From: Bacteroidia bacterium
Lineage (GTDB): Bacteria > Bacteroidota > Bacteroidia > UBA4408
NCBI GenBank assembly: GCA_035438985.1
Contig: DAORJK010000002.1
Span: forward strand, 316,442-380,441
Length of the DNA: 64,000 nt
Direction of reading: 5' to 3'
The translations under genes and the position numbers were made by a program. Under the pieces are notes generated by a model. The model was not told the origin of the DNA and ran no database searches. It saw only the letters and a program-made list of their open reading frames with translations. Within the stretch, counting starts at the first letter, position 1, and every line of letters starts with the position of its first letter. Shown in pieces: positions 37,343 to 47,026 of the stretch.

Positions 37343-38639
37343 TTTACTTTTTTTAATGGTGTTTTGTATCACAAGTCCTGCACAAACAAAAAAGGATTTG
37401 GAGAAAAAGAAATCTCAAATTCAAAAAGAAATAAGTGTAACCAATAAACTTCTGGATGAAACGAAGAAGAATAAAAAGCTTTCTTTAAACCAACTTGTAA
37501 CACTTAATCAAAAGATTAGTATGCGAGAAGAGTTGATTACTACCATCAATTCTGAAATCAGCTATACCAATGTTTTGATTGGTTCAACATCGAATTCAAT
37601 TTTAAAATTGCAAGAAGAAATAAAGAAACTCAAAGCTGAGTACGCCAAAATGATTTATTATGCCAGTAAAAATCAAAATAGTTACGACCGTTTGATGTTT
37701 ATTTTCTCTTCCTCAGATTTTAATCAGGCTTTTCGTAGGATGAAATATTTTCAGCAATACAGCGATTATCGAAAAAAGCAAGCAATAATGATACAGTTGA
37801 AACAAGGGGAGTTGAAGGATAAATTAACCGACCTGGCTGTGAAACGTTCTGAACAGCAAAATTTATTGCAAAACAAAGAAAAAGAAAAGCAACATCTGAC
37901 CACCGAAAAGTCAGAAAAGGAAGTTGTTTTAGCCGGTTTGCAAAGCAAGGAAAAACAATTGAAAGAAGATTTGCGTAAGAAGCAAGACGATGCAAACAAA
38001 CTTCAAGCGGCCATTCAACGCATCATTGAAGAAGAAATTAGAAAGGCTAGGGAAGCTGCAATAGCTGCTGAAAAAGCAAGAGAAAAAGCGCGAAAGGAAA
38101 AGGAAAAGAAAAATGCTTCCAATACTAAAAATTCAACTGCATCTAAAGAAGTAACCGCCCCTGTAAAAGAAAATCGCATTACCGAAAATGGCTATTCTCT
38201 TACTCCTGAAGCACAAAAGTTATCCGAAAATTTTGAAGCTAATCGTTCACGCTTACCTTGGCCGGTTGCTGAAGGAGTAATTACCAGCTCATTTGGTGAA
38301 CATGAGCATCCAATTTTGAAAGGTGTTAAAGTTAAAAACAACGGAATTGATATTGCCACCAAACAAGGTGCACAGGTAAGATGTGTTTTTGAAGGAGAAG
38401 TTTCAGGCGTTGTTTCCATTCCAGGGGCCGGAAAAGCTGTAATTATTCGACATGGTGAATACTTATCGGTGTATTCCAATATGTCTGATACTTTTGTTCA
38501 AAAGGGAGATAAAATAAAAACCAAGCAATTTATTGGTGCTGCTTTAACGGATGATGAAAATAAAACTGAAGTTCATTTTGAAATCTGGAAAGGCTCTTTA
38601 ACGCAAAATCCTGCTTCCTGGATTTATCGATCGAATTAG
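37326..38639 (+). CDS. Murein hydrolase activator EnvC-like / peptidase M23 family protein with a long coiled-coil N-domain
   Basis: Signal peptide 'MKSCVSLLFLMVFCITSPAQ' and a K/E/Q-rich coiled coil of about 250 aa. The C-terminal M23/LytM domain reads 'GIDIATKQGAQVRCVFEGEVSGV...GKAVIIRHGEYLSVYSNM'. The ORF track starts at 37284, which would overlap the DUF4292 gene. Confidence 0.8.
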   Translation: MKSCVSLLFLMVFCITSPAQTKKDLEKKKSQIQKEISVTNKLLDETKKNKKLSLNQLVTLNQKISMREELITTINSEISYTNVLIGSTSNSILKLQEEIKKLKAEYAKMIYYASKNQNSYDRLMFIFSSSDFNQAFRRMKYFQQYSDYRKKQAIMIQLKQGELKDKLTDLAVKRSEQQNLLQNKEKEKQHLTTEKSEKEVVLAGLQSKEKQLKEDLRKKQDDANKLQAAIQRIIEEEIRKAREAAIAAEKAREKARKEKEKKNASNTKNSTASKEVTAPVKENRITENGYSLTPEAQKLSENFEANRSRLPWPVAEGVITSSFGEHEHPILKGVKVKNNGIDIATKQGAQVRCVFEGEVSGVVSIPGAGKAVIIRHGEYLSVYSNMSDTFVQKGDKIKTKQFIGAALTDDENKTEVHFEIWKGSLTQNPASWIYRSN

Positions 38640-38680
38640 GAATTGTAACACGAAATGATAGCAGTGTAATTTCGAACCAA

Positions 38681-39193
38681 TCACCAATTAACTACCGCTT
38701 TGTTAAAAATATCTTGCACCAACTGATCGTTTATTTCTTTGATCAAACGTGTTTCCTCTGTTGCTAAACTTTTAGTAGATTCAAAATCTGAGAAACGTGA
38801 AAAGCTGGCTTCAAAATTTTGCTTTTCGTTTTTTTGATTGGTGAATTTCACACTCACAGTTATAGTGAGTCGAGTTTGGGCAGCAACATCGGTTCCCGAC
38901 TGAATAGATATAGGGCTAATTGAGTAACCGGTGATGGAACCTTCAAACGTTAAATCACCACCTCGTGAAATTAATTGTAAATTGGTTTGAGATTGGAATT
39001 TATCTTTTAAGGCTTCTGTAAAGGCTTGGCTCAAAGTAGGTTGTATCAGTGGAGCATAGTTGGGAAAAGTTTGTATCGAAATTGTTTTTACATCGGGAGC
39101 AATCGCTGCCCCGGTAAATGAATAATTTACTTTACAGGCAGCAAAAGCAAGTGTACAGCATATCAATAAAACTACTTTGAGCTTTAGTATCAC
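38681..39193 (-). CDS. LptE-family-like outer-membrane lipoprotein
   Basis: Lipobox 'LAFAAC' in a small beta-rich protein. Its start shares 1 nt with the stop of the sigma-54 activator gene. Confidence 0.55.
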   Translation of the reverse strand: MILKLKVVLLICCTLAFAACKVNYSFTGAAIAPDVKTISIQTFPNYAPLIQPTLSQAFTEALKDKFQSQTNLQLISRGGDLTFEGSITGYSISPISIQSGTDVAAQTRLTITVSVKFTNQKNEKQNFEASFSRFSDFESTKSLATEETRLIKEINDQLVQDIFNKAVVNW

Positions 39194-40410
39194 TATCCAG
39201 GAATTTTGTATTCGTTAATTTTTCGGTAAAGTGTGCGTTCCGAAATTCCCAGTTCCTTCGCAGCATTTTTTCGCTTTCCTTTGTGACGCTCCAAAGCCTT
39301 TTTAATAAAATCTTTTTCTTTCTCTTCTAAACTTAAGGATTCCTCAATTTCGTGAATTGGTTGTTGGTTGTTTATTATCGGATGGTGCACTTGCATTACC
39401 GAATTACTCATGCCATGTTCAGCATAAATTCCGGGTTCGGCATTCATGGCTAAATCGGTTTCGGTAATTTTCTTTCCCTGAATAATATCGGCTACTAGCT
39501 TTTTTACCCCATCCAATTCTTTTTTCATGTCAAACAGCACCTTGTATAAAATATCGCGTTCATTAAAATCGTTCTCCGATTTTTCACCTTTTACCAATAT
39601 GGGCAAAGTATTGTTGCTTTCAACAGGAAGGTAGCGAACAAGTATTTCGGGCGTAATGTCGCGCTTCTTTTCAATGACCGAAATTTGCTCTGCAATATTT
39701 TTAAGCTGACGAACATTACCCGGCCAACTGTAATTTTCGAGATAGGATTCAGCACCTGTAATTTTAATTGAAGGCATACGGTATTTACTTGCAAAATCTG
39801 ATGCAAATTTTCTAAACAGTAAATGGATGTCTTCCTTCCGTTCACGTAAAGCAGGTACCTTAATAGGAACTGTATTTAATCGGTAGTACAAATCTTCGCG
39901 AAAACGACCTTTGTGAATAGCTTCAGGAATATTCACATTGGTAGCAGCAATTATACGAACGTCGGTTTTCAAAACTTTTGACGAACCCACTTTAATAAAT
40001 TCACCGGTTTCTAAGACTCTTAATAATCGAGCCTGTGTGCTTAAGGGGAGCTCGGCAACTTCATCCAAAAAAATAGTACCACCGCTGACCATTTCAAAAT
40101 ATCCTTTTCGTGCTTCATGCGCCCCTGTAAACGACCCTTTTTCATGCCCAAAAAGTTCTGAATCAATGGTTCCTTCAGGTATTGCACCACAGTTTACCGC
40201 AATGTATTGACCATGCTTACGGGTACTTAGTTGGTGAATTATTTGCGGAAATACCTCCTTACCCGAACCACTTTCTCCGGTTACAAGCACTGTTAAATCT
40301 GTTGGTGCTACTTGTTTAGCAATATCTATTGCGCGGTCGAGCAGGGGTGAACTCCCTATAATTCCAAAACGCAATTTTATATCTTGAATTGTCATGTACT
40401 TAATTTTCAA
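39193..40410 (-). CDS. Sigma-54-dependent transcriptional activator (AAA+ bEBP plus a Fis-type HTH) with no N-terminal receiver or sensor domain
   Basis: Walker A 'GESGSGKE' and 'GSFTGA' (a GAFTGA variant that contacts sigma-54), and a C-terminal HTH 'NAAKELGISERTLYRKI'. The AAA+ domain begins at about residue 15. Confidence 0.88.
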   Translation of the reverse strand: MKIKYMTIQDIKLRFGIIGSSPLLDRAIDIAKQVAPTDLTVLVTGESGSGKEVFPQIIHQLSTRKHGQYIAVNCGAIPEGTIDSELFGHEKGSFTGAHEARKGYFEMVSGGTIFLDEVAELPLSTQARLLRVLETGEFIKVGSSKVLKTDVRIIAATNVNIPEAIHKGRFREDLYYRLNTVPIKVPALRERKEDIHLLFRKFASDFASKYRMPSIKITGAESYLENYSWPGNVRQLKNIAEQISVIEKKRDITPEILVRYLPVESNNTLPILVKGEKSENDFNERDILYKVLFDMKKELDGVKKLVADIIQGKKITETDLAMNAEPGIYAEHGMSNSVMQVHHPIINNQQPIHEIEESLSLEEKEKDFIKKALERHKGKRKNAAKELGISERTLYRKINEYKIPG

Positions 40411-40491
40411 TTAATGGTGGAGCAATATAACCTACTTGTTCATGTTTCGTTGTTACTTCACTTTACTTGAGCATGGCATTCATACAATTTA

Positions 40492-41925
40492 TTATACCAC
40501 GTGACCAATTAAAGTTGCCGAAGTACAATCTGTTGCCAAAACATTTACATAATCACCTATCGAATAATTTTCTTTTGGAAAAACTACCGTTGTGTTTTGC
40601 TGATTTCTTCCTGAAAAATGAACTTTCGATTTTTTTGAAAGTGATTCAATTAAAACCTTGTGAATTTTTCCAACACCGGCTTTCGTTTTAATTTCAGAAA
40701 GACGCTGTTGAAGTGCTACTATTTCGGCTAAACGCTGTTGTTTTACCTCTTCCGAAACATCGTCTTTCATTTTCCTCGCTGCTAATGTTCCGGGACGTTC
40801 AGAATACTTAAACATATAAGCGAAATCAAAAACTACCCATTCCATCAAGCTAATAGTATCGGCATGTTGTTCGTCGGTTTCTCCGCAAAATCCGGAAATA
40901 GTATCGGTTGAAATCCCACAATCAGGAATTAACTCCCTGATTCTGGTAATCCGTTCCTTGTACCATTCACGAGTATAACCGCGATTCATTTGATGCAACA
41001 TTGCCGAATTACCTGATTGTACCGGCAAGTGTATATAATTGCAAATGTTTTCATATTTCGCAATCATAAACAACACCTCATCCGTCATGTCTTTGGGATG
41101 TGAGGTACTAAAACGCACCCGCAACAAAGGATTTATCAAAGCTACTTTTTCAAGCAGTTGAGCAAAACTTGTTGAATTAACAAGTTCTTCCTTGGTTGGA
41201 TTATCCTTTTTTAATCCGCCTCCGGTCCATAAATAAGAGTCTACATTTTGGCCTAACAAGGTTACTTCTCGGTATCCTTTTTCGAATAAATCTGTAGCTT
41301 CCTGAATAATCGACTCAGGGTCGCGGCTGCGTTCGCGCCCACGAGTAAACGGTACAACACAAAATGCACACATGTTATCGCATCCGCGGGTAATCGAAAC
41401 AAACGCGGTTACACCGTTGCTCGACAGTCGTACCGGACTAATATCAGCATAAGTTTCTTCACGAGAAAGTAAAACATTTACCGCACGTTGACCTGAATCA
41501 ACTTGCTCTATTAAATTTGGTAAATCGCGGTAAGCATCCGGGCCCACCACAATGTCTACCAATTTTTCTTCTTCCAGTAATTTCGATTTCAAGCGTTCGG
41601 CCATGCAGCCTAAGACACCAATGACTAAACTCGGATTTTGTTTTTTTAATTTTTTAAGATCCTGAAGTCGAGTACGCACACGTGTTTCAGCGTTGTCACG
41701 TATCGCACAGGTATTCATAAAAATAACATCTGCTTCAGCTAGGTTATTCGTAGTTGCAAATCCATCTTTCACCAGAATTGAAGCTACTACCTCGCTGTCT
41801 GCAAAATTCATCGCACAGCCATAACTTTCGAGGTATAACTTTCGCTTCACATCTGCGTGATTGGTTTCGAGCAAAACAGTTTGTCCTTGTTTCGATTCGT
41901 CAATAATTTTTTCTTCCGTTAACAT
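40492..41925 (-). CDS. miaB: tRNA-i6A37 methylthiotransferase MiaB (radical SAM with a TRAM domain)
   Basis: MTTase N-domain ('[13 protein letters not shown]'), radical-SAM '[11 protein letters not shown]', and a C-terminal TRAM domain. Confidence 0.92.
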   Translation of the reverse strand: MLTEEKIIDESKQGQTVLLETNHADVKRKLYLESYGCAMNFADSEVVASILVKDGFATTNNLAEADVIFMNTCAIRDNAETRVRTRLQDLKKLKKQNPSLVIGVLGCMAERLKSKLLEEEKLVDIVVGPDAYRDLPNLIEQVDSGQRAVNVLLSREETYADISPVRLSSNGVTAFVSITRGCDNMCAFCVVPFTRGRERSRDPESIIQEATDLFEKGYREVTLLGQNVDSYLWTGGGLKKDNPTKEELVNSTSFAQLLEKVALINPLLRVRFSTSHPKDMTDEVLFMIAKYENICNYIHLPVQSGNSAMLHQMNRGYTREWYKERITRIRELIPDCGISTDTISGFCGETDEQHADTISLMEWVVFDFAYMFKYSERPGTLAARKMKDDVSEEVKQQRLAEIVALQQRLSEIKTKAGVGKIHKVLIESLSKKSKVHFSGRNQQNTTVVFPKENYSIGDYVNVLATDCTSATLIGHVV

Positions 41926-42025
41926 CCAGTAGTGTACTATTTAAGGCTGCAAAGTAAGACTTTTTTAATGACTTTGCCAAAGTGTCAGTTTTAGAAAATG
42001 TGTTAAAGCTAAGAAGTAAAAAAAT

Positions 42026-42048
42026 TATATATATGTAATATATATGTA
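42026..42048. repeat. Two tandem copies of the 11-mer ATATATATGTA in the divergent miaB/topA intergenic region
   Basis: Direct reading gives 'tATATATATGTA ATATATATGTA cg'. Confidence 0.5.
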
Positions 42049-42146
42049 CGTGAATTTGAATTTTGAAAATTAAAATATTTGGAAATCAACTTTGTATTTG
42101 TTTTTCTTTGTGAAAATTTTGTGCGTTATAATCTTTTCAAAATACT

Positions 42147-44621
42147 ATGTCGAAAAATCTGGTAATTGTTGAGTCACCTGCCAAAGCCAAAACCATTGAA
42201 GGATTTCTTGGTTCAGATTACATTGTAAAATCCAGCTTTGGACATGTGCGTGATTTGGCTAAGAAGGATTTTGGAGTGGACATCGCCAATAATTTTACAC
42301 CGAATTATGAAGTGTCGGAAGACAAACTAAAAGTAGTAAATGAACTAAAAAAACTTTCGAAAGCAGCAAATACAGTTTGGTTAGCAAGTGATGAGGACCG
42401 CGAAGGGGAGGCAATATCCTGGCACTTGTTTGAAACTTTGAATTTGGATGAAAAGAAAACCAAGCGAATTGTTTTTCATGAAATAACCAAGTCGGCCATT
42501 CTTGCTGCCATTGAAAATCCTCGAAAAATTGATAAACATTTGGTTGATGCCCAACAAGCTCGGCGCATTTTAGATCGACTTGTGGGATTTGAATTATCGC
42601 CTGTTTTATGGAAAAAAATTAAGCCATCTCTTTCAGCCGGGCGCGTTCAATCGGTTGCGGTTAGGCTAATTGTTGAACGTGAACGGGAAATCACTACTCA
42701 TATAAGTACTTCGGCATTTCGAGTAACAGCAAATTTTGAGGTTAAAAGTGGAGCACTTTTAAAGGCTGAATTGCCCAAACGATTTGCTACCGAAAATGAA
42801 GCAAATGCTTTTTTGCAAGAATGCATTGGTTCAAATTTCAAAGTTGAAAACTTAGAAGTTAAGCCGGGTAAAAAATCACCTTCTGCACCATTTACTACCT
42901 CCACACTGCAACAAGAAGCCAGTAGAAAATTGGGTTTTTCAGTGGCACAAACCATGACCTTGGCTCAACGACTTTACGAATCCGGTAAAATTACCTACAT
43001 GCGAACCGATTCAGTAAACTTGTCGGAGCTTGCAATGTCAACAATAAAGTCGGAAATAAATTCAGCTTACGGTGCAAAATATCACCAACCACGTCAGTAT
43101 AAAACTAAAAGTAAAGGAGCACAAGAAGCACACGAAGCAATTCGACCCACTTACATCAATCACAAGAACATTGACGGTGAAAACAATGAAAAACGACTGT
43201 ATGATTTAATTTGGAAACGAACAATCGCCTCGCAAATGAGCGATGCTGTGCTTGAAAAAACGATCGCAACTATTGACATTTCAAAAAGCAAAGAAAAATT
43301 TATTGCACAAGGCGAAGTGTTGAAGTTTGATGGTTTTTTAAAAGTGTACATGGAAGGTACCGATGATGAAAATACCGAAGAACAGGAAGGAATGCTGCCT
43401 TCAATAGAAGTAGGTGAAATGTTGAAAATGCTTGAGACAAATGCTGTACAACGTTTCTCAAACCATCCACCACGCTATACAGAAGCAAGTCTTGTAAAAA
43501 AACTGGAAGAGTTGGGAATTGGGCGACCATCTACGTATGCGCCAACAATTTCGACCGTTCAAAAAAGAGGATATGTTGTAAAAGAGGATAGAGAAGGCGT
43601 ACAGCGCGTGTATCAAGTGCTTAACCTAAAGGATAACCGTATTTCAAAGGAAGTCAAAACGGAAAATACGGGTGCAGAAAAATCAAAGTTATTTCCATCC
43701 GATATCGGCATGGTGGTAACGGATTTTTTATTAAAAAACTTTGACGAGATCATGGACTATAACTTTACAGCTTATGTAGAGGAAGAGTTTGATATTATTG
43801 CAGAAGGGAAATTAAATTGGACAAAAATGTTGGCCGATTTTTACAAACCTTTTCACGCACACGTTGAAAGTACACTTGAAAATACGGAACGAGCAAGTGG
43901 CGAGCGATTGTTGGGAATTGACCCGGTGAGTAAAAAGAATATTTACGCACGTATTGGGCGATTTGGAGCATTGATACAGCTTGGAGAATCCGGTGATGAT
44001 GCTGATAAGCCCAAATTTGCAAGTTTGCGAGGAAACCAGCGCCTCGAGAGTATTTCGCTAGAAGAAGCACTAGAATTATTTAAATTACCCCGGATTACCG
44101 GTACCTACGAAGGCAAGGAAATGCAAGTAAATATTGGTCGTTTTGGACCTTATATTCGCCATAATTCGGCATTTTATTCCTTGAAAAAGGAAGACGATCC
44201 TATGACGATAACCGAAGCCAGAAGTATTGAATTGATTGAGGCAAAAAGAAAGGCGGATCGAGAAAAATTAATCCTATCTTTTAAAGAAAACCCAAGTGTT
44301 CAGGTCCTGAATGGACGCTGGGGACCGTATATTGCAATTGATAAGAACAATTATAAAATTCCTAAGGGAACTGAGCCTACTACGCTTACTTTGGAAGAAT
44401 GCCTTGCCATTGCCGCTGCAGCTCCTCCTCCCAAGTACAAGGCGGCTGCGGCTAAGAAAGCAGCCCCTGTAGCAACTGAAAAAGGGAAAAAAGTTAGCGC
44501 AAAAAAAACGGTTGCTAAAAAACCTATCGCTAAAAAAGGAACTGCAAAAAAAGCTACCTCCGCAAAAGGTAGTGTAAAAAGTAAAGCAGCCTCAAAAAGC
44601 AAGTCTGGAAAAAAGAAATAG
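42147..44621 (+). CDS. topA: DNA topoisomerase I with a C-terminal Lys/Ala/Pro-rich (histone H1-like) tail
   Basis: TOPRIM N-terminus 'LVIVESPAKAKTIEGFLG' and type IA core motifs. The last ~75 aa read 'AAAAPPPKYKAAAAKKAAPVATEKGKKVSAKK...KSKSGKKK'. Confidence 0.95.
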   Translation: MSKNLVIVESPAKAKTIEGFLGSDYIVKSSFGHVRDLAKKDFGVDIANNFTPNYEVSEDKLKVVNELKKLSKAANTVWLASDEDREGEAISWHLFETLNLDEKKTKRIVFHEITKSAILAAIENPRKIDKHLVDAQQARRILDRLVGFELSPVLWKKIKPSLSAGRVQSVAVRLIVEREREITTHISTSAFRVTANFEVKSGALLKAELPKRFATENEANAFLQECIGSNFKVENLEVKPGKKSPSAPFTTSTLQQEASRKLGFSVAQTMTLAQRLYESGKITYMRTDSVNLSELAMSTIKSEINSAYGAKYHQPRQYKTKSKGAQEAHEAIRPTYINHKNIDGENNEKRLYDLIWKRTIASQMSDAVLEKTIATIDISKSKEKFIAQGEVLKFDGFLKVYMEGTDDENTEEQEGMLPSIEVGEMLKMLETNAVQRFSNHPPRYTEASLVKKLEELGIGRPSTYAPTISTVQKRGYVVKEDREGVQRVYQVLNLKDNRISKEVKTENTGAEKSKLFPSDIGMVVTDFLLKNFDEIMDYNFTAYVEEEFDIIAEGKLNWTKMLADFYKPFHAHVESTLENTERASGERLLGIDPVSKKNIYARIGRFGALIQLGESGDDADKPKFASLRGNQRLESISLEEALELFKLPRITGTYEGKEMQVNIGRFGPYIRHNSAFYSLKKEDDPMTITEARSIELIEAKRKADREKLILSFKENPSVQVLNGRWGPYIAIDKNNYKIPKGTEPTTLTLEECLAIAAAAPPPKYKAAAAKKAAPVATEKGKKVSAKKTVAKKPIAKKGTAKKATSAKGSVKSKAASKSKSGKKK

Positions 44622-44637
44622 TCTTTAGCCTGTAAAC

Positions 44638-45810
44638 ATGGATATTTCTATTTATTTCGAGCCGTTGCAGCAGAGTGGAATTCTACACCCGGATGCCTAT
44701 CAGCCTGCGCAATTGGGAAAAGTGATTCGCCAACATTCTTCAGTTGGATTTCCGGATATGGAAGGTGTTCAGCTTGCAATTATCGGCGTTAAAGAGGACC
44801 GGAAATCACTCTTTAATTCGGGATGTGCAAAAGCTCCGGATGTGGTTCGAAATTATTTATATAAGCTATATCAACCCCATCTACCGGTTGTTATTGCAGA
44901 TTTAGGGAATATTAATCCCGGATTTACCATAGAAGACACCTATTTTGCACTAGCTAACACTGTAAAAGAGCTGGTAAAAAAGAACATTGTACCCATTATT
45001 TTAGGTGGGGGTCAAGATCTTACCTATGCTAATTACCAGGCATACGAAGCCCTCGAACAGATTGTAAATATTGTTTCAGTAGATTCAAAATTTGATTTAG
45101 GGGAGATGAATCAGGAGTTGGATTCCCAATCGTATCTCAGCAAGATCATTTTACACCAGCCAAATTATTTATTCAATTTCAGTAACATTGGATATCAAAC
45201 TTATTTTGTAGATAAGCATTCGATTGAGCTCATGTCTAAATTATTTTTTGACGCACATCGCTTGGGTTATGTACGTTCAAATATAGAAGAAGTGGAGCCC
45301 ATCGTACGTAACGCTGATATTGTAAGTTTTGATATGTCGTGCATTCGCTTTTCAGATGCACCCGGAAATCGGAACGCAACTCCCAATGGGTTTTACGGTG
45401 AGGAGGCTTGTAAAATTGCTCGTTATGCCGGGATGAGTGATAAATTATCGTCCATTGGGTTTTATGAATTAAATCCTGAAGTTGATCAAGCAGAGCAAAG
45501 CGCACATTTACTGGCTCAAATGATTTGGTATTTTATGGAAGGATTTTGTAACCGTAAAAAGGATTTCCCAATTGGTAGCCGCGGCGATTTTATTAAGTAC
45601 CGCGTGTTTATTCAAAACAACAAATACGAAATTGTTTTTTACAAGAGTCCCAAAAGCGATCGTTGGTGGATGGATGTTCCTTATCCACCCAATAAAAAAA
45701 TTAAGTACGAACGACACCATTTAGTACCTTGCAGTTATCAAGATTATCAGACCGCCTGTAATGAGGATATGCCGGATAAGTGGTGGTTAACTTTTCAAAA
45801 GCTGTGTTAA
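44638..45810 (+). CDS. Arginase/formimidoylglutamase-fold protein with degenerate metal-binding motifs; probably not a canonical ureohydrolase
   Basis: Arginase-like layout, but 'GGGQD' replaces GGDHS, 'DSKFD' replaces DAHxD, and 'SFDMSCIRFSDAPG' replaces SxDxDxxDP. A C-terminal extension of about 90 aa is extra. Confidence 0.6.
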   Translation: MDISIYFEPLQQSGILHPDAYQPAQLGKVIRQHSSVGFPDMEGVQLAIIGVKEDRKSLFNSGCAKAPDVVRNYLYKLYQPHLPVVIADLGNINPGFTIEDTYFALANTVKELVKKNIVPIILGGGQDLTYANYQAYEALEQIVNIVSVDSKFDLGEMNQELDSQSYLSKIILHQPNYLFNFSNIGYQTYFVDKHSIELMSKLFFDAHRLGYVRSNIEEVEPIVRNADIVSFDMSCIRFSDAPGNRNATPNGFYGEEACKIARYAGMSDKLSSIGFYELNPEVDQAEQSAHLLAQMIWYFMEGFCNRKKDFPIGSRGDFIKYRVFIQNNKYEIVFYKSPKSDRWWMDVPYPPNKKIKYERHHLVPCSYQDYQTACNEDMPDKWWLTFQKLC

Positions 45811-45976
45811 CTCGAAATTAAAGATGTAACCAATATTCGACAAGCTGAAATATAATTTGTGTCAAAATTTGGTAATTAAAAATATGTTTGCTTACTTTAC
45901 CCACCAATTTTTAAGGAATCATTAATTGGTGAGCGAAAATATTAACAGAATTTAACTGAACAACAACGTTTCATTT

Positions 45977-46906
45977 ATGAAAAAAACACTTACTGCCTGC
46001 CTTATTCTAATCGCTTCTTTCACTTACGCACAACAGGATCCACAAGTTAGTCACTACATGTATAATCGGTTAGGTTATAACCCGGGATATGCAGGAGCTA
46101 ATGGTTCTATTTGCGCTACCTTAATCGGAAGACAACAATGGGTTGGATTTGATGGTGCACCTAAAACAAATGTTTTATCGATTGATGCTCCGGTTAAATT
46201 ACTTCACGGAGGTTTAGGTTTGACAGTTGCTACCGATAAACTAGGTTTTGAAAATAACTTTTTTGGTAAATTGTCATATGCATTCAGAATGCCGCTTGGA
46301 AACGATGGTAATTTAGGTATCGGAGTTGAAGCAGGTATGTACAATAAATCCATCAACGGAAATTGGGTTGCAACAGATGATGTTACCAGTGATAAATCAA
46401 TTCCGGTTGGTAAAGCTGCCGATAATACCTTCGATATTGGATTTGGATTACACTACCACACACCAAAATTGTATGTTGGTTTATCTTCAACACACTTAAA
46501 TCAAGGAAAAATTGAAAAAGGTAATTTAAGTTTTGAAATCGCACGTCACTATTATGTAACTGCAGGTTATAATTACGATATCAACGAAACTTTTACTTTA
46601 CGTCCATCGTTATTGGTTAAGTCAGTTGGTTCGGCTACAACTTTAGATGTTAATGTGAATGTTTTATACAATAATTTATTATGGCTTGGCGTTAGTTACC
46701 GAACTTCAGATGCAGTTGTGCCAATGGTAGGTTTCCAAAAGGCGTTTAATGCAAAGAGTGCTTTCAAAGTTGGGTATGCATATGATGTAACAACATCTAA
46801 ACTTAAAACACAAAGCAATGGGAGTCATGAGTTGATGTTAGGTTTCTGCTACACCATCATACCTAAAACAACTACCACAAAATACAAGAACGTTCGTTTC
46901 CTATAA
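45977..46906 (+). CDS. porP: Type IX secretion system membrane protein PorP/SprF
   Basis: Signal peptide then 'AQQDPQVSHYMYNRLGYNPGYAG', the PorP/SprF family signature, with a beta-barrel character. Confidence 0.88.
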   Translation: MKKTLTACLILIASFTYAQQDPQVSHYMYNRLGYNPGYAGANGSICATLIGRQQWVGFDGAPKTNVLSIDAPVKLLHGGLGLTVATDKLGFENNFFGKLSYAFRMPLGNDGNLGIGVEAGMYNKSINGNWVATDDVTSDKSIPVGKAADNTFDIGFGLHYHTPKLYVGLSSTHLNQGKIEKGNLSFEIARHYYVTAGYNYDINETFTLRPSLLVKSVGSATTLDVNVNVLYNNLLWLGVSYRTSDAVVPMVGFQKAFNAKSAFKVGYAYDVTTSKLKTQSNGSHELMLGFCYTIIPKTTTTKYKNVRFL

Positions 46907-47026
46907 TTATATAGTTAGTAACCAAAAGTTTTTAGTCTCGTAAGAGTCAATTAATAGGTAATTATAAATTAAAAATTACAAAGGCAGATTTTCGAAGGGA
47001 AGAATGTTAAACCAAAAAAAACAAAA

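Noticed and set aside
40411-40491. A possible sigma-54 (-24/-12) promoter near the sigma-54 activator and miaB ('TGGCATTCATACAA').
   Set aside because: It lies on the wrong strand relative to the flanking genes and lacks the TTGC -12 element, so it is not a convincing sigma-54 promoter.
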